From positions 64,001-128,000 of the forward strand of contig CAVYSY010000057.1 in the NCBI GenBank assembly GCA_963771175.1: 64,000 nt of DNA, written 5' to 3'. Source of the stretch: an uncultured delta proteobacterium (GTDB taxonomy: Bacteria; Myxococcota; Myxococcia; Myxococcales; Myxococcaceae). Every line of letters starts with the position of its first letter. The stretch's first letter is position 1. Under the pieces are notes generated by a model. The model was not told the DNA's origin and searched no databases. It was given only the letters and a program-made list of their open reading frames with translations. Position numbers and translations under genes: made by a program. Positions 62,157 through 64,000 of this stretch are shown here, piece by piece.

Positions 62157-62320
62157 GGCGCGCACCGACCTGAATCCCGAATCCATGTCATCTCCGAAGA
62201 CGCAGAGGGGATCGGCACCGCGCTCGGAACAGGTGGTGCCGGGGACGACATCTGTCAAAAGGCACTCGAAGAATGCATGAAGCTGTGCTGGGAAAGGCAT
62301 CAATGGCCCTACCCTCACAT
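62157..62320 (+). pseudogene. Internal remnant of a paralog of the 59196-59657 lipoprotein
   Basis: Hand translation AHRPESRIHVISEDAEGIG....GGAGDDICQKALEECMKLCWER vs AHTQPPERKVYVISEEADGLGGSGGYDCDAEHVRCFDRCWNR; no start codon or lipobox. Confidence 0.72.
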
Positions 62321-62339
62321 CTTGCTCTCTAATCTGGAT

Positions 62340-62744
62340 ATGACATCAAAATACAATCCCGACTTCGATGTCGACTCCGTTCTCGACACCCTGCGCATCG
62401 TGAACGAGAGATATGCAGAAGGCTCGCCAGAGGACAAAGCGCTCCGAGTTTCCGCAGTGGCATTACTCTACGTCCGTGAAACCCAGAAGTTGGACGATTA
62501 CCGCGAGTTCTTCCGCTCCTTCTATACCCCCGCCATTGATTACATCGTCGTCTCCCAGACGTTTGCGACGAGACAAGAGGCAGACACGTGGCTCGCCAGC
62601 GGGAAGGCCAGTGAGGGTGAGCTCGTCAGAATCGCTGGCCAGGGTTTCCAAGTCATGCCCGAGCGAAAGGGGACGGGATTGAGGTTCGTCCGGATGCCCC
62701 TGCCGGAAGAACTCATGAAAAACAATCCTCCGGATTCCAAGTAG
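62340..62744 (+). CDS. Hypothetical protein, paralog of 58790-59170 (orphan partner/immunity)
   Basis: End-to-end similarity to 58790-59170. Confidence 0.78.
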   Translation: MTSKYNPDFDVDSVLDTLRIVNERYAEGSPEDKALRVSAVALLYVRETQKLDDYREFFRSFYTPAIDYIVVSQTFATRQEADTWLASGKASEGELVRIAGQGFQVMPERKGTGLRFVRMPLPEELMKNNPPDSK

Positions 62745-62853
62745 GCTCCTGGCGCAGAGGCGTCCCGCTCGGGGCCGCTCTCCGACGGTTGAATCTCCCC
62801 CGGACGTCTCCCTAACGTAGGCTCAGGGAACACCTGCCGGTTCCAAGAGGACG

Positions 62854-64000
62854 ATGAAGAACGAACGCGACCTGCTCCTGCAGGCCATCGCCATGCTGGA
62901 GACCCAGCGCCCCGCCCTGGGCGACGAGGCCACCGAGGCCGCGGTGGCGGCCTTGCGCGCACGGCTCGCGGCGCTGGCCTCCCGCGTCCCGATGGAGCGC
63001 CGGCACGTCACCGTCCTCTTCGGCGACCTCTGCGGCTTCACCGCCCTGAGCGAGCAGATGGACCCGGAGGACGTCAGCGAGCTGATGAACCACCTCTGGG
63101 AGCGCGTGGACGCGGCCATCGTCCGGCACGGGGGGCGGATCGACAAGCACATCGGCGATGCCGTCATGGCGCTCTGGGGCGCGGAGGGCGCCCATGAGGA
63201 TGATGCCGAGCAGGCCATCCACGCCGCCCTCGAAATCCAGGCCCAGCTCGACTCCTTGCTCGCGGGTCCCCCCGAGGGCCTGCGCATGCGCATCGGCATC
63301 CACACCGGCCCGGCGCTCCTCGGCATGGTGGGCACGCTCGGCGAGCTCACCGTGATGGGCGATACCGTCAACACGGCCAGCCGCCTGGAACAGGCCGCGC
63401 CCGAGGGTGGCATCCTCATCTCGCAAGGCACCTACCGCCACGTGAGCGGGGCCTTCGAGGCCGAGCCCCTCGCTTCCGTCCGGCTCAAGGGCAAGCAGGA
63501 GCCGCTCCAGGTGTACCGCGTGACGGCGGCCCGGCCGCGCGCCTTCCAGCGGCAGGGCCGCGGCCTGGAGGGCATCTGGGCCCGGCTCGTGGGACGCGAG
63601 GAGGAGTCGCATCGCCTGCGCTCCGCCCTCTCCGCGGCGCTCTCCGGCGGCTGCCAGCGCGTCACCCTCACCGGCGAGGCCGGCATCGGCAAGTCGCGGC
63701 TGCTCGGCGAGTTCGAGACCTGGCTCGAGTCGCTGCCGGAGCCACCCCGGTGTCTGCGCGGGCGCGCCAGCCCGGAGATGCGCAGGCACCCCAACGCCCT
63801 GCTCAGGGACTTGTTCTCCTTCCACCTCCAGGTGCAGGAGAGCGATCCCCCCAGCGTGGTGCGCGCCCGCCTGGAGGAGAGCTTCAGCGCGGCGCTCGGC
63901 CCCGAGGACTCGAGCCGCAGCCTCGCCCACCTCGCCGGCTCCCTCATCGGCTTCGACTTCAGCGACAGCCCCCTCCTCAAGGGCTCCCCCACCGACGAGC
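62854..64000 (+). CDS. Class III adenylate/guanylate cyclase fused to AAA/STAND ATPase (runs off the window)
   Basis: Hand translation: ERRHVTVLFGDLCGFT, DKHIGDAVMALWG, RIGIHTG, GDTVNTASRLE, LVGRE, GEAGIGKSRL. Confidence 0.92.
   Translation, partial: MKNERDLLLQAIAMLETQRPALGDEATEAAVAALRARLAALASRVPMERRHVTVLFGDLCGFTALSEQMDPEDVSELMNHLWERVDAAIVRHGGRIDKHIGDAVMALWGAEGAHEDDAEQAIHAALEIQAQLDSLLAGPPEGLRMRIGIHTGPALLGMVGTLGELTVMGDTVNTASRLEQAAPEGGILISQGTYRHVSGAFEAEPLASVRLKGKQEPLQVYRVTAARPRAFQRQGRGLEGIWARLVGREEESHRLRSALSAALSGGCQRVTLTGEAGIGKSRLLGEFETWLESLPEPPRCLRGRASPEMRRHPNALLRDLFSFHLQVQESDPPSVVRARLEESFSAALGPEDSSRSLAHLAGSLIGFDFSDSPLLKGSPTDE

Overview
High-GC myxobacterial DNA. The gene families (DUF2378, a CorE-like sigma factor, a Pxr-like hairpin) point to Cystobacterineae/Archangiaceae; the taxon is an inference. 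The core-like backbone carries the 3' end of mfd, an OmpA/MotB lipoprotein, PhoX, a hybrid kinase, a PleD-like diguanylate cyclase, argE, a five-gene DUF1585/DUF1501/cytochrome c/FG-GAP operon, an S8 protease, a glpSTPQUV-type ABC transporter, an Lhr helicase, a CorE-like ECF sigma factor with a Cu P1B-ATPase, sthA, an M14 peptidase and the start of an adenylate cyclase-AAA gene. About six lower-GC accessory patches interrupt it and carry toxin/immunity-like cassettes and gene remnants (SIR2-STAND, bacteriophytochrome, HEAT). The standout observation is an ORF-poor stretch of about 650 nt (38690-39340). It folds by eye into more than ten helices with GNRA/UUCG loops and G-U pairs that consistently favour the + strand, so it is a candidate large structured non-coding RNA. 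Other notable items are a small Cys-rich lipoprotein + partner module present twice (one intact, one deleted), an unannotated 56-aa secreted Cys-rich peptide, a Pxr-like sRNA and a MITE-like inverted repeat. Many conserved genes carry single-base frameshifts, which are probably sequencing indels. All product calls come from motif recognition by eye; no database searches were run.
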